A model generated the notes under the pieces. The model saw nothing but the letters and a program-made list of their open reading frames with translations, ran no database searches and had not been told where the DNA came from. Positions 20,836-34,688 of a DNA stretch of 64,000 nucleotides are shown piece after piece (position 1 is the first letter of the stretch; every line of letters begins with the position of its first letter). Origin of the DNA: Octopus vulgaris (lineage: Eukaryota); assembly GCA_951406725.2 (NCBI GenBank), contig OX597833.1:37262001-37326000 (forward strand). Direction: 5' to 3'. Position numbers and translations under genes: made by a program.

Positions 20836-23600
20836 ATCATCATTTAACGTCCGTTATCCATGCTGGCATGGGTTAGACGGTTTGACCAGTCTGATTTGGC
20901 ATGGTTTCTATGGCTTGATGCCCTTCCTAATGCCAACAACTCTGAGAGTGTAATGGGTGCTTTTGTGTGCCACCAGCGCAGTTGCCAGTTACATGACACC
21001 AGTATATGCCATGACTATGATTTCACTTGGTTTGATGGGTCTTCAACTCAAGCACAGCTTATTGCTGAAGGTCTAAGTCATTTGTCATTGCCTCTGTGAC
21101 CAGTGCTCGAAAGGTGCTTTTTACATGCTGCTAACACAGGTGTTAGTTATGCGACACTAGCACAGGTGCTAATTATGTGACACCAGCATCAGCCACCTTG
21201 ATTTCACCTGGCTTGACATGTCTTCTCAAGCACAGCATATTGCCAAAGGTCTCGGTCACTAGTCATTGCCTCCATGAGGCCCAATGTTCAAAGATCAAGC
21301 TTCACCACTTCGTCCCATATCTTCCTAGGTCTACCTCTTCCACAGATTCCCTCCACAGTTAGAGATGGGCACTTCTTTACACAGCTGCCCTTGTTTATAT
21401 GCATCACATGACCATACCAGCACAGTCATCTCTTGCACACCACATCTGATGCCTCTTATGCCCAACTTTTCTCTCAAGACATTTACACTCTGTTGTACAT
21501 ACGCACTCACATTGCACATCCAGTGAAATATACTAGCTTCATTTCTTTCAAGCCTATGCATGGCTGTTTGCACATGGGCATCATACAGTCTGTCTTTCAC
21601 TTTATTGCCAACAGAGGTAGATGGTCTCTGAACTTTGCCCAGCCTATCCCTATCCTTGCAGTTACGTTCTCAGAGCATCCACTTCCACTACTGACTTGGG
21701 CATCTAGATAACAGAAGCTATCAACTCCCTCTAGCTTACCCTTTGGCATTTGATGGAGTCTATTTTCTGTACATTTTTAGTTTTTATTGTACCTGTGCAC
21801 CTTCCATACACAAAACTATTTTCTCAGTTAACCTACCTCTGATATTGCTGCACTTCTTATGTGTCTATAGCTTGCACTGGGTACATCTTATGGAATTTCT
21901 ACCTACACCTTTCCTACAGCTCAAGCAGGGCCATTCGATTCCAGACCTTGCTTCCACACCTGAAATTTCTTCTCTAGTTCTGGTAGTGATTTAGCTATGA
22001 GAACAATGTCATCAGCACAGAGAAGCTCCCAGGAGCAGCCCATCTTAAATTCCTGTTATTGCCTGGAAGACTATGATGAACAGGAGGAGGTTGAGTACTG
22101 ATCCGTGATGAACCCCTACTTGAACCCTGAATTGAGCACTATACTTATTATCAACCTTCATCTTACTGACTGCATCCCTGTACATCGCTTGTACAGCTCT
22201 CACCAACCCCTCGTCTATACCTAATTTCCACATTGACCACCAGATAAGGGATCAGGGGACCCTATCAAAGGCTTTCTCCATGTCAACAAAAGCCAAATTT
22301 TGAAGTTTATCTTTGGCTAGGTACTTCTCCTGCAGCTACCTTACCAGAAATATAGTATCAGTGGTGCATCTTCTTGGCACAAATCCAAACTGCATCTCAT
22401 CTAGACTAACTCTCTCCCTAATTAGTTGGACTATGACCCTCTCCATGACTTTCATCACCTGATCCAACAATCTGATACCTCTGTAATTATTTCTATCTAA
22501 GGTGTCACCTTTACTTCTGTAGTAGTTGACTATGGTGCTGCTACATTAGTCATGACTCCATGTACTAACTGATTAACTATATGGGCGACTAGACCATAAC
22601 CCACATTGCCAGATATTTTAAGCATCTCAGTGGTTATTCCTGATGGGCCAAGGGCTTTCCCCATCTTCATGACTTTGTCTACATTACTACTGTCTCTTTG
22701 TATTGCTGGTCCCTTTTGGATCAACATAAAGCAGATTCTCCTTCTTCCAAGAGTTCTCTACATTTAGTAGCCTTTTCATAGTGGCACTTGCAAGTTTTTT
22801 CTTTTCAGAGTCACTAACTGCAAGCGAACCATCATCCATGCAAACACACTTCCCTCCCACAACATCACAATTTTCCCTGGCACACTGTCTTACAAACCGA
22901 AATACTTCAAGCCACTGCTGCAGAACATTGGCAAACTTCTTCTTTCCTGCTTCACCCTTGGCTAAGTATACCTGCTTCCCTTCTAGCTGTCTGATATAGC
23001 TCCTTGCTATCACCAGCCTTCCAGTCCTTCTAAGCCTGTTTCTTTGTTCTAACAGCCTTGCTAACTGCATTGTTCTATCACCATGTCACCCTAGGTCTGG
23101 TTGTGACTTTGCATCATCCACAAATTTGATCTGTGGCTCTCAGTAAGTTGTCTCTTAGAAACTTCCAGTTGTCCTCTATATTGCAAGTCTGTAACTCCTG
23201 CTCTTTCTCATCTAATACTTCAGTTAGGTTTCTAAACCTCTGACTATTCAAAGGATCCTTAAGTTTCCAGATCTTTCTTTTCCAAATTGGCTTCTTGAAA
23301 TTCTTGGTACCTGCAGTTTGAAGTCACTAATAAGTAACCTATGTTGAGGGGTACAATCTTCACCAGGAAAGGACTTTGTATTTATGAGCAGCCATGAATC
23401 TCATTTTCTGGTGAGAATATAGTCGATCGGCTAGTATGGTCACTGAATTTATAGATTATCAAGTGACTGGTTGGTTTACTGAAGTTGGTATTGCAAATCA
23501 TTAGGTCATTTTCATCACAGAACTCCAGCTGTCTTGTTTCTTCCTCATTTCAAAAATCAATTCCATGCACCCCTTGGAAGTTCAGGGAGCCACTACCATT
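20836..23600 (-). mobile_element. Long decayed RTE family B copy (APE C-terminus, RT, PHD-like insert, 3' UTR, (GAT)n tail)
   Basis: LEFCDENDLMICNTNF (APE), KMGKALGPSGITTEMLK, FVDMEKAFDRVP, VGVHHGSVLNLLLF, WELLCADDIVL; many stops and frameshifts. Confidence 0.92.
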
Positions 23601-23604
23601 GCTG

Positions 23605-24030
23605 CCAGAAAGATCTTTTCCTTCAATGTGAAGGGCAGATTGTGTTAGAACTGCACTTCTGCATGGTAGTAAGACATATGCCTTGAATGTGCAGGACCCA
23701 CAGGAGCTAGACAGAAATGAAGCTAGCATGCTCCTTTGGATGTACAATATAAGTTGTGCATGCACAACAAAGTACAAATGTGCTGAGACAAAAAACTTTA
23801 CATAGAAGGAATCAGGTGCATGTAATAAGACTGTGCTGGTATGAACATGTGATGCATATGGATGAGAACAACTGTATAAAGTGGTGCTCATCATTGAATG
23901 TATATGAAACTTACAGAAAAGGGCAACCAAGGAAAACTTGGGACAAAGTGGTGACCTTGAACCTCACAAAAGAGATGACAATGGACCGGGATAACTGATG
24001 ATATGTGGTTCTCATAAAGAGCCACTCATT
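23605..24030 (+). mobile_element. RTE family B C-terminal fragment
   Basis: RNEASML, RLCWYEHVMHMDENNCIK, KGQPRKTWDKVV, LTKEMTMDRD. Confidence 0.85.
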
Positions 24031-24799
24031 TAGGTGAAACTGAGATTCTGGAAGCATTATGTGTATATATATATATGCACATACTCCTTGCTCTATTTCT
24101 TTCTCAAGATATTTTCACCTTCCCATCATCTTTCTAACTGCAGTATTCTGCTGCTGTAACTAAATGTGAGGTTTTCCATAATACCACTTATCCTTCTTAC
24201 CACCTGACCCATTTCACTTGTTATCCTTCCTTCATTTTCTGTCCCTCCTGGCTCTCACTCCTTCTCTCATCCTCTTTTATCCTTCCTCTGTCTACTCTAC
24301 CATCATTATTATACTGATGTTCCTCACCCCAACTTTTTCTGCACTATCAGTCATATCCTGCTCTCCTACAACCCACATGTCTCATTGTTCAACCCACTCC
24401 TTATCTACCAATCACTACACCCACACATCACCCTGTCTAATTTCTATGGTTGTCACCATCTCTTCCCTGCATTCCCTACATACCATCCCTCAACATCTGT
24501 TTATTATAATAATCACTCCCTCACCCATTCACTTTCCCATACATTCTTACAACCTCTCACTGTCCAGATTCCTTATATCTCCTTTCCTCACTCACTGCTG
24601 TTCACTTTATACCTTGTGTGTTCACTTTGACCCTTCATCACTACTATTTTATCCCTTTCCTCTATCACTCCTACATTCTCTGTAATGTGAATAGCTATGT
24701 AGCTTCTCTACTGCAGGAAATATGCTCTGTTCTAGCCCCTTCTCTCATGCTTTAGCCTCTCATTTTCTGGCATAAAGCCACTGTCTTTACTGTAGCCCC

Positions 24800-25000
24800 A
24801 CTCAGTCAAGGGGGATCTTGCAAGATGTATGATGACCTCACTATGCTAGTGCCAGTCAAAAAGCACCAACTATATACTGTAAACTGGTTGGTAGTTGGAA
24901 CGGGGCATCCGTCTTTAAAAACCATACCAAAGCAAGCATTGAACCATCCAGTCCATGCCAGTATGGAACATGAACATTAAATGATGAAGATGGTGATGAT
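24800..25000 (+). mobile_element. RTE family B-type 3' UTR remnant
   Basis: aaaagcacc...gggcatcc...catgccagtatggaa...ttaaatgatgaagatg tail. Confidence 0.65.
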
Positions 25001-25149
25001 ATATATGTGTATATTTAAATTTATTGCTCTCACTAACTGATATCATCTCTGTACATGGCTTGATTGACTCTCACTTTCCTTTCATCCACTCCTAGCTTCT
25101 ATGGCAACCACAGTCTCAGAAAGCAAGGGACACTGTCGAAAGCCCAAGT

Positions 25150-25640
25150 CAATGAAAGCCAAGTGCAGCAGTTTACTTTTGGCTAAATACTTCTGCAATT
25201 ACTTTACTATGAAGAGAGCATAAGTAGTACTTCTTCCCGGCACAAAAGCTCCATCTTATCTAGTCTAATTTTCTTCATAATTAGTTCCATAATTTTCATG
25301 ACCTGGTCCAACAGTTTAACATCCCTGTAATTACTTCTCTCTAAAACATTTCCTTTAATCTTATAACAGTTGACTATAACATTGCTATGTAAGTTACTAA
25401 GTATGATATCTTCTTGTAAAACCTGTATTCAAGTATACAAGTGACTAGGCCAAAGCCCACACTGCCAGATAAGTCATTCTTGATGAACCAGAAGCTTCCA
25501 CTGTCTTCATATCCTTAATTGCTATATTTATCATATTGTTGTCATCTAGAATGACTAGCCCTTCTGTTGGGTTCAGAAGGCTCTGTCTATGTTTAGTAGC
25601 CTTTCATAGTAGCACTTCCATGCCCCTTTCCTTTCAGAAT
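25150..25640 (-). mobile_element. Decayed RTE family B RT-region fragment
   Basis: Matches 22300-22810 (NYRDVKLLDQVMK, YYERLLN). Confidence 0.75.
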
Positions 25641-25819
25641 CTTTAAGTGCAGGCATGCACTTAGAAACACACGCATGCGCATGTATATGCGTGTATTTCT
25701 ATATATGTATATTTAATCTTTCAAGCACAACATATTTCTGAGCTTTAGGTCTTTGAAGCTTTCAGTATTCTGATGCTTTGCTCATTTGAAGTTCAACTAT
25801 GTCATCTTGTAGCTTCCAC

Positions 25820-25866
<47 letters not shown>

Positions 25867-26124
25867 TGCTTCTCTTACTCTGGGATTTGATATATTACCA
25901 TTAGAAATGATGTACATTCTAATTAGATCATACACCTAATTATCATGATGTAAGAACAATTGTAGCATAAATAGAAATGGCTTGATCAAAGTCTTGCAAA
26001 GATTATTCAGAATTCAATTGGTATGAAGAAATTCATCAAAGAAAGACACACTTTTGTATGTGATGGAACAAGTAGGCCATTATAGTTATATTACCAATAC
26101 ATATAAATAGCTTACCTGTTAGTT

Positions 26125-26297
26125 TAAACCCTTATCATTCCGATTATTCAATTTGTCAGATATTATACTTATTCACATTGTTTTGAAATAATCTTGCGGC
26201 TTCAAGATTTCAATGATATGATTGTTTATTTTTAGAATGACATTGTAGGATAGGTGTGAGAGGCCAAATCTAACTGGTTTGAATGCTTTAGGGCTAT
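26125..26297. mobile_element. Short MITE with degenerate TIRs (piggyBac-like TTAA|CCCT end)
   Basis: ttaaacccttatcattc ... gaatgctttagggc imperfect terminal inverted repeats. Confidence 0.5.
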
Positions 26298-26498
26298 GAG
26301 CAGAAGGTTGTTAATAAGAGAGACATGGAGATTGAACTTGTCAGTTTTTGTAGATGAAAATTATGTTACTGAATTCGTTTTATTGTCTGATGATAATGTC
26401 TTCTGATATTTATATGAAAAATTAATAAAAATATTTCTGATTCTTTGGAGAAATTATATTTATTATGTGCAAAGTGCTTGTAGTATGTTATGAGGGAA

Positions 26499-26700
26499 TC
26501 ATCATCACCTTCCTCATTAACATTTTCATGCTGACATGGGCTGGATGGTTTAACAGGATCTGACAAGCTACAGGATTACTTTGGGCTTTGATGTCAGCAT
26601 TGGTTTGGTCTCTATGGCAGGATGCCTTTCCTAATGCCAACAACTTGATAGTGTGTACTGGATACTTTTCCATGACATTTGCACTTCTGAGATCACCAAG
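26499..26700 (-). mobile_element. RTE family B-type 3' UTR remnant
   Basis: catcatca...ttttcatgctgacatgggctggatgg...ggatgcctttcctaatgccaa. Confidence 0.7.
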
Positions 26701-27395
26701 AAACTTACAAGGCAAAGAAAAGAAAGGAAAAAAACCTTGGTTGATTGAATGGGAGGGTATTTGAAAAAAGGGTAGGTTTTATACTTGGTGTTAAAGACTT
26801 AAGTATGAATGAGTGACAAGCCTGGGTGTCTTGCTATAGAGGAGATATATGACTACACTGCATTATATGGGAGTGGCTGACAGTTTCTAGAAGGAAGATA
26901 AAGAGTGTGGTCATGGAGAGCATAATCTCAAGTTAAAAGAGGTGAATATAAGGAAGATTACAGACAGTGGATCAGGTGAGGGAGGTAATGGTGGGTAATT
27001 TCATAAGAATGTGAGAAGGGAGTGGCAGTTGGCTATCTGGATTCTCATTTGGTACTTGCATTTTAAACCTATATCCAATCTTTAGTTTGCAAGCTTTTAT
27101 CTTTTTGACTTTTAGATGTCTTCTAATTTCATTTTTGATACATTAATTATTTGTGTCTGTTATTTCTGGTATATTAAAGCAATGCTCATCATGTAATTTT
27201 TACTTCATGTGCATAAATTAAGAGCTTGAAAAACTTTCAGTTATATCTTGGGAAGGTAGTTCAGGATGTATTTTCTAAGTTAGCTCTTTGCTTGCTGGTT
27301 ACACACTTTAGAACTAATAATATACAATTAAATTAAATGGATCCCTCAAGGGGAAAAATGGAAAGCAATGCTTTTTTAAAAACACTGATACAGTA

Positions 27396-28395
27396 CAGTG
27401 GTTCCCCACCTTCTCACTATCATGAGTCCCTTATATTTAAATGAATTATTATGGATCCCCAAACTTTTGAAAGGTCTATTTGCTCAACAAGCTGATTTTA
27501 TTAACTAACAGCAAATGAATTTTATTTGCTTCATCTCTCAGTTGAAAGATAATAAAATGGCAATATTTATTAAAAAAAATTATTTGAGGGTTGATGCTGC
27601 TTTGTCAATACAATATTCTGGATTTCAGGTGCAATGGTAGTCAGAGATCAAGTTCTACATTCATCCTGTTTCAGCATTGGATTTTATATAAAACAGCTGG
27701 GAAAAAGCCTTCTTACATAAATATATAGTTGGGAATGACATTAAATATTCCAGTGCTTTGGATGTCTATTCTGGCTACTCATTTTTCACACCTAACTAAA
27801 AATCTGCTAAATTATACTGAATGAAACTTGACATAAATAAATTGTCACATGAAAGTGCAACAAAAGCTCTCCATTTAAAGTGAAATATTTTACAGTTTTT
27901 ACTTGTGCCTGAAATGGATCCATAATTCAATCATTGGTGTCTAGAAGAGAAAAATGATCTCTATAACTTCTTTTGTCATCAAAGTAGTTCTTGCCATCTT
28001 CTTTGAAAGTTTGTTCATGTTTTCTTCATATTTTGTTTCTAAATGTCAGTGTTTTCACTGGCTTCATAACTTGCATTGGACAATATTTCATACATAGAAT
28101 ACACTGCAGCTTCTCTTGCCTTTGTAGTAGCCTTATATAAACCCAAAGAGTATCTACTCATCACAATATTTACAACTTTTTTTTTAAATTTTGGAAAGAG
28201 TTGCATAATGAAGTTTTGAAGTCAAGCCATCTGGTAGAAGACTTACATGCTGATCAAGAACAAGTTGATCTTGCACTGGATGTGTATAAGATTCCCAATA
28301 TTTTTTTTTATCAGCCTTATTGTCATTATACATTTTTCTCTGAAGCCATTTAAAATTTAGAACTTAGCTTGCATGCACCAAGTTGGAAACCACTG
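27396..28395 (-). mobile_element. Internally deleted hAT (Charlie/Buster-type) DNA transposon
   Basis: TIRs CAGTGGTTCCCCA / TTGGAAACCACTG; flanks atacagta / agagagta (6 of 8 match, degenerate TSD); minus-strand dimerisation-domain remnant FPTIYLCKKAFSQL..NRMNVELDL..KQHQPSN*. Confidence 0.85.
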
Positions 28396-28679
28396 AGAGA
28401 GTACAAACTAGTTTTAAATTTTGCTTTCTTTTATTTAGAATTATATTGATCATTTTGTAAAGCAAAGAATAGATATATTCTACTGATTCAGCATTTCACT
28501 AATGCTCATCTTATCAATCCTAGAAATATGAGAAATAATAATGTCAACCTTAACAAGATAGACTTTCTCTGTATTTAGTAGCCACATCACTCAGTACACA
28601 GCAATGTTGTCAGCAGAATTTTTCCATCTTATTATTGTGACAACTGTAGAGGAGGATGCTTTCAGAGCATCTTTTTCTA

Positions 28680-29230
28680 CAACCAGAAAAGACCTTCTCC
28701 AGATCAATAAATCCTAGTTAGAGAGGTTTACATTTAGGTAAAACCTTCTTGTCTTACTATGACAAGAGCGTTAGTAGTACCCTGAACTGGTGCAAATCAG
28801 AAGTGCATCTCATCGAAGCTGAATCTCTTCCTAATCAGTTGTGGTAATACTTTTTTCATTAATTACATAACTTGGTCCATCAGTTTGCTACTTCTGTATT
28901 TGCTTTTTGCTAAAGCATCTCCTTTGCCCTTGTAATTGTTGACATTTATACTGCTACCCCAGTCATTAGGTATGATACCTCTTCATATTACTTGGATGCT
29001 ATTGTGCTGGATATTTTTAGCAACTTAACCTGATAGACCAACTGTGTTTGCCATAACTTCAAATCCATATTAGCCATTTTGATCATATTGCTGTCTACTT
29101 CAGTAGCTGATCCTTCTGTTGAGTATAATTGGGTCAGTTCTTCACCCTCCCAGACATTCTCTACATTCAGCAGCCTTTCATAATGGCATTTCTATGTCTC
29201 TTTCTTCTCAGCATTATTGAGGGCACACTT
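28680..29230 (-). mobile_element. Very decayed RTE family B RT-region fragment
   Basis: IPNDWGSSINVNNYKGKGDALAKSKYRSSKLMDQV on the minus strand. Confidence 0.75.
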
Positions 29231-29558
29231 TTCCTGAATAATGTCTTGATTTACTCTGGAACACTTTATACCTCTTATCCTCTTATTGCAGAGCATTGGC
29301 AAAGTGGTTCAGAAAAAAGAGATTTGTTGAATACATACCAGATTTAAAAATAAAAAGTACTGAGGTCAATTTGTTTGACTTAACCCATCAAAGCAATCCC
29401 CCAGCATGGTCACAGTCTAATGACTGAAGCAAGTAAAACATAGAAGTTGTTACCTTACATCTGGGTTGAATCTTGCTCTTGCCTTTAGTTTGGTTTTGTT
29501 TTCAGCAGATACATAAGTCTGTATCTCTTTCTCCTTTGTCAAGTGTCATGTAGAATCA

Positions 29559-29601
<43 letters not shown>

Positions 29602-29626
29602 CACACACACTCTCCCCCTTTTTCAC

Positions 29627-29952
29627 ATGACTCAGTGGTTAGTGTCGAGCTTATGATCATGAGGTTGTGAGCTCGAGTCCTGGACCGGGCTGCGTGTTGT
29701 GTTCTTGAGCAAGACACTTTATTTTACGTTGCTTCAGTTCACTCAACTGTAGAAATGAGTTGCAGCGTCACTGGTGCTAAGCTGTATCGGTTGTTGCCTT
29801 TCCCTTGGATAACATTGGTGGTGTGGAGAGGGGAGGCTGGTATGCATGAGCGACTGCTGGTCTTCCATAAACAACCTTGCCTGGACTTGTATCTGGGAAG
29901 TAACTTTCTAGGTGCAATCCCATGGTCTGTGTCGTGACTGAAGGGGGTCTCA
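29627..29952 (+). mobile_element. tRNA-derived SINE (family C)
   Basis: A-box-like tgactcagtggttag, B-box-like agctcgagtcc, then gtgttgtgttcttgagcaagacactt (CORE-like); GC-richer than its flanks. Confidence 0.75.
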
Positions 29953-31006
29953 GACTCATATATATATATATAGTAATATAATAAATAAATAAAATATATG
30001 CATATGTACATACTTACATCTACATGTATATATACATGCATACATATATATATATATATATATATATGAGTACAGGACACCACAAATAAACATAGAAAAC
30101 AACGAGAGACGAGAACATAAAATCAAACAAGGAAACAGACTTTTTTTAAACAACGAAAAAAACAGAGTACAGGACAAACAATACAAGGAAAATTCCCCTT
30201 CATCAGCTGTCCTTGGTTCGACTCAAGGTGTGTTTCTTCAGAATATCTTTTACTTTGCAGTTTTTCTCTTATTCTAAAGTCACTGATTAACAGCCAGTGT
30301 TGGGTGGTATGTTCTTTACACACACACACACTATATGTGCATGTGTGTCTGTAAAATTTTAAAAAGGAAGAAGTATTTACTGGTCTGTGTGTTAAAAGTT
30401 CAATTCATAAGTGACATATACTCCTAAGCATACATTCTATTCTATGTACTTCAATTGAAAAGTAATTTTAAAAAAAGTTGTACATTCCACGTTATAGTTG
30501 GATGGTTGGTAGTGGATTATAGAGTTTGTAACTGTAAATAAGTTTGGTTAACACTTGTTTACCATTTCAATTGAATTATATTTTTTTAAGATTTGAATTA
30601 AATAAGTTTATCTGGTTTACAAATAGACAGGCAATGTGGCATGTTTGGTACATATACTAACAGCTGTGTTTAATATAACTGGAAAACAGTAATGTTTAGA
30701 CAGCCACGCATTTCACAAGCATGCTTAGACAGTAAAGAGATATTTTATATAGCTAGTATCTAGATAAGAATTACAGAATTCTTGATTATTTTCCCTTTGC
30801 TTTGCGTAAATTGTTATATATTTTAATATGCTTATTATATTTTAAACTTAATATTTGCATAATTTTTTTGGACAGATTTTTAATGTTGAACTTTTACTGT
30901 TCCTTTTGCCAGGTGAGTTAATGCTTAGTCTTTGCCTAAATTTACACATTTTAATTATTTTAAGTTTTTCTGCTGACAAACATAACATACAACTTTTATC
31001 ATTCAA

Positions 31007-31157
31007 TATATATGTGTGTGTATGTATACGTATATATATATATGTATATATATATATGTATATATATATATATGTATATATATATGTGTATATATATATG
31101 TATATATATGTGTATATATATGTGTATATATATATATATATAATGTATATATATATG

Positions 31158-31191
<34 letters not shown>

Positions 31192-31499
31192 TGTATATAT
31201 ATATGTATATATATATGTATATATATATGTATATATATATGTATATATATATGTATATGTATGTATATATATGTATATATGTATGTATATATATGTATAT
31301 ATATATATGTATATATATATGTATATATATGTATATATATATGTATATATATGTATATATATGTATATATATATGTATATATATGTATATATATGTATAT
31401 ATATATGTATATATATGTATATATATATATGTATATATATGTATATATATATGTATATATATGTATATATATATGTATATATATGTATGTATATATATG

Positions 31500-31534
<35 letters not shown>

Positions 31535-31626
31535 GTATATATATGTATGTATATATGTATATATATGTATATGTATGTATATAATATATAAATATGTGTG
31601 TGTATAAACATATATAGTATATAAAA

Positions 31627-31668
<42 letters not shown>

Positions 31669-31675
31669 AATATAT
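31007..31675. repeat. (TATATATATG)n-type microsatellite
   Basis: Seen directly. Confidence 0.97.
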
Positions 31676-33346
31676 ATAATTGCTCTGACTTTGATTTTAA
31701 ATTTGCATAATAACCAAGAGTGTTAGAGCTAACATACCTAACTGAACCCTTTCCTTCAGTATAATAGTATCTCCACTATTAACATTAATTAAATATTTAA
31801 TATTTTTCCACAACTAAAAATTTTTTTTAAGAAATCCTGTATACTAATAACAAAAGTAATGATATTTTTAAGTAGATCCCTAAATATCAGTTTATTGGTT
31901 ATTTTGTTGAATGTCTTGTACTTTTTAAATCTGGAAAATATTCATTTGTCAGCACAAAATGGCACAAATTATTTTTCTCTTAAATCGCACTAACAAATAT
32001 CTCCTTATTGTTCTTAAAGCCAGTTTGAAATCTTAGAAGTAACCAAATTTGTAAATGTGTCAGTAATGGTTAGTTGTATTCATTTAGATTATATTTATTT
32101 GGTAAAAAGGAGTTAAAATAATTCTGTACAAATATTTCTTAATTTATTATTTATGAAAATCACTTTGCCAGAAGCTTATTCATATTAAATAGAATAAATA
32201 TATGAAATTCTTAATTCTCATAATATTATATAAATGGCATTACTTTTAGTAATTCCAACTGTCCTTCATATATGGACTTAACCAACTCTTGCACTAAACA
32301 TAGCATAAAGATGATGTATAAAAGGTTTCAGTAGAGCAGCATTTCAATGCAATACCATATTCAGAATGGAATGCAAATTGCTTTTTCACTACCCAAGAGC
32401 ACAGTCCTCATAACCAAGTTCTTCCAGAAGTTTCAAATCTCATGTCAGCTTGGGTCAAGTCTACTTCAACATTGACCTTCTGTTGGGGAAACACCACAAC
32501 ACAATAGAGTAAGCATGTGTTGTGCTGCATGATATAGGGAAGACAATTCTATTCATTCCTGACTAACTGGATTATTTCACTTATATATTCAAACAATTCC
32601 TCCTGCATTGTTATTCTAGGATTTCTACTCACTTGTCTTTAGTATCAGTCACATCACTTGTATTTTCTAAAGTATTGGATTCTGTACTCACAGCATTATA
32701 TCTAGTTTTTTACAGTTTAAGCACATAAATGTTATAATTAACTTATCCAATGTAAAACTTTTAGGTACAATTCAAGACATCTTATTCAGTGTTTTATTTT
32801 GAATGGAAGCATGAACTTTTAAACCACCCAAAACATTCAAAGACATTTCTCTTTGTTTTCAACATTTTACAGATGGAAAATATAGACATTTTTGTCTTGT
32901 AAAAGCTAAAAACATCTACTTCTTCATAGTTTTGAATTATATTTGAAAATATCCTTAGTCTAAAATTCTCTCTCTCTCTCTCTCATTCTTTCTCTCTCTG
33001 TGCCAAGAGATCTTTATGAAAAGCTTCACATTACTCTTAGAGTTAATATATTTTCTTTTAAAAATGTAAGTTGGGTGTAATAAGTTTCCTCAACATTTCA
33101 ATTTTTTGGTATAATGTATTTAACATGAACATTTTAAATTTTGCATCCTGGGCATATTCTCTTATGTTAAGTGTTTACTTTTTTTAATGATCTGCATGTT
33201 ATTGAGTTTATTATACATCAATAACATTTCTAGCATCTACTTTGAGAAGTTCAAATGAAACACTAACAGTATCAGTATCATATGTCTAGGACAGGATATG
33301 CAGAGATGAGTTCAGTCCTATTCATTTAACTAAATAGCAACAACAA

Positions 33347-33870
33347 TAATAATAATCCTTTCTACTATAGGCATGAGGCCTGAAATTTTGATGGGAGTAG
33401 GCTAATCAATTACACTGACTCCAGTGCTCAACTTATTTCATCAACCCTGAAAGGATGACAGCAGTCGATCTTGGTAGAATTTGAACTCGTGTAAAGATAG
33501 ACAGTATGCTAATGATTCTACGAGCTCACCGCTTTAATAATTGTTTCATATTCTGGCACAAGGCCAGCAAGTTTGGGGAAGTGGGAACTGGTACTTATTT
33601 TATTGACCCAGAAGGATGAAACACAAAGTCAAATTCAGTGGAATTTGTACTCAGAATGTAAAGACAGACAAAATGCCGCTAACCATTTTGCCCCATGTGC
33701 TAACAATTCTGCCAGCTCACTACCTTAATAACAACAACAATGATAATAATAATAATTGCTTCTGATTTAGGTACAAGGCCAGTAGTTTTGAGAGGAGGCT
33801 GTTAGTCAATTTTAATTGCACTTTATTTTATCAAACCTGGAAGGATGAAAGACAAAGATGACTACAGTGT
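33347..33870 (-). mobile_element. Three tandem copies of SINE family B separated by (AAT)n tails
   Basis: Repeated ggcacaaggcc...cttattttatNgaccc.gaaggatga...gaatttgaactc...gctcacc units starting near 33347, 33535 and 33745. Confidence 0.85.
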
Positions 33871-34688
33871 CTGTGAGTGAACTTGTGTCTGCATGTGTAT
33901 GTGTGTTGTGCATGCATGTGTACAACAGAAGAAATAAAGATTAATTTTGTGAACATGTTAAATCTCCAGTATTGCAAGACAATTTAAGGCATTGCATCTA
34001 TTAACAAGACACAGGAGGAAAATATGATAACTAATGCAATATTTAGACTCATAGAGTTGTTATTTTATTACACAAAAGTAATACTAAAAAAGTTCATCTA
34101 ACCAAATTTTTTAGCTAGATTAAATTGCTTGAAATTTGTCTAATATACAATCATTCAACTGTATGTGCAAAGCCATTTGTGGGTAAATTAAGAAGCACAC
34201 TTTTGAGACAGATTGCTGATTGTGGTGTATCCAAATAGATCTGACCCCCAAATCAATATAATGTCCCCATTTTCTAAAACAAATTGATCAATGAAAATGA
34301 ATATATTTTTGTTTTCTTAATAAGTTTACTATAAAAATAGATGAACATTTTGAGAACTTGTTGATAGGAAAATAGATTGTGTGTTAATGATGTTGGTATT
34401 AAAATGCTTTAATAGGAGCATTACATGACTGTCATCATTTACGCCCACTGGCAATCATTTAAATATATGAAATTAAGTGTAATGTTGAGGAATCTACTAC
34501 ATTAAAAAAAAGTGTGATACTGGTAATTTACTCAACATCAGTAATTGTTTCTTAGGATAGTTTTTAATTAATTAATAAAGAAAAGTGAATTATATGTGGG
34601 ACAAGGATGCATATTTGTTAGGAAGCCTCAAGCAGTGAGATAGCAAATTTTCTGAAGTGTTGAATGATTGAAGTAAAATCCCTAACTA

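Noticed and set aside
23575-23660. Second twin-priming inversion at the strand switch between RTE B pieces
   Set aside because: The plus-strand piece comes from the C-terminus already present in the minus copy, so it is an independent insertion.
24060-24720. 155-aa hydrophobic ORF 24218-24685
   Set aside because: C/T-rich low-complexity tract following an RTE fragment; composition explains the open frame.
30065-30225. Minus-strand CTGATGA (30199-30207 region) as a hammerhead
   Set aside because: No matching GAAA and stem III nearby; at most a truncated repeat remnant.
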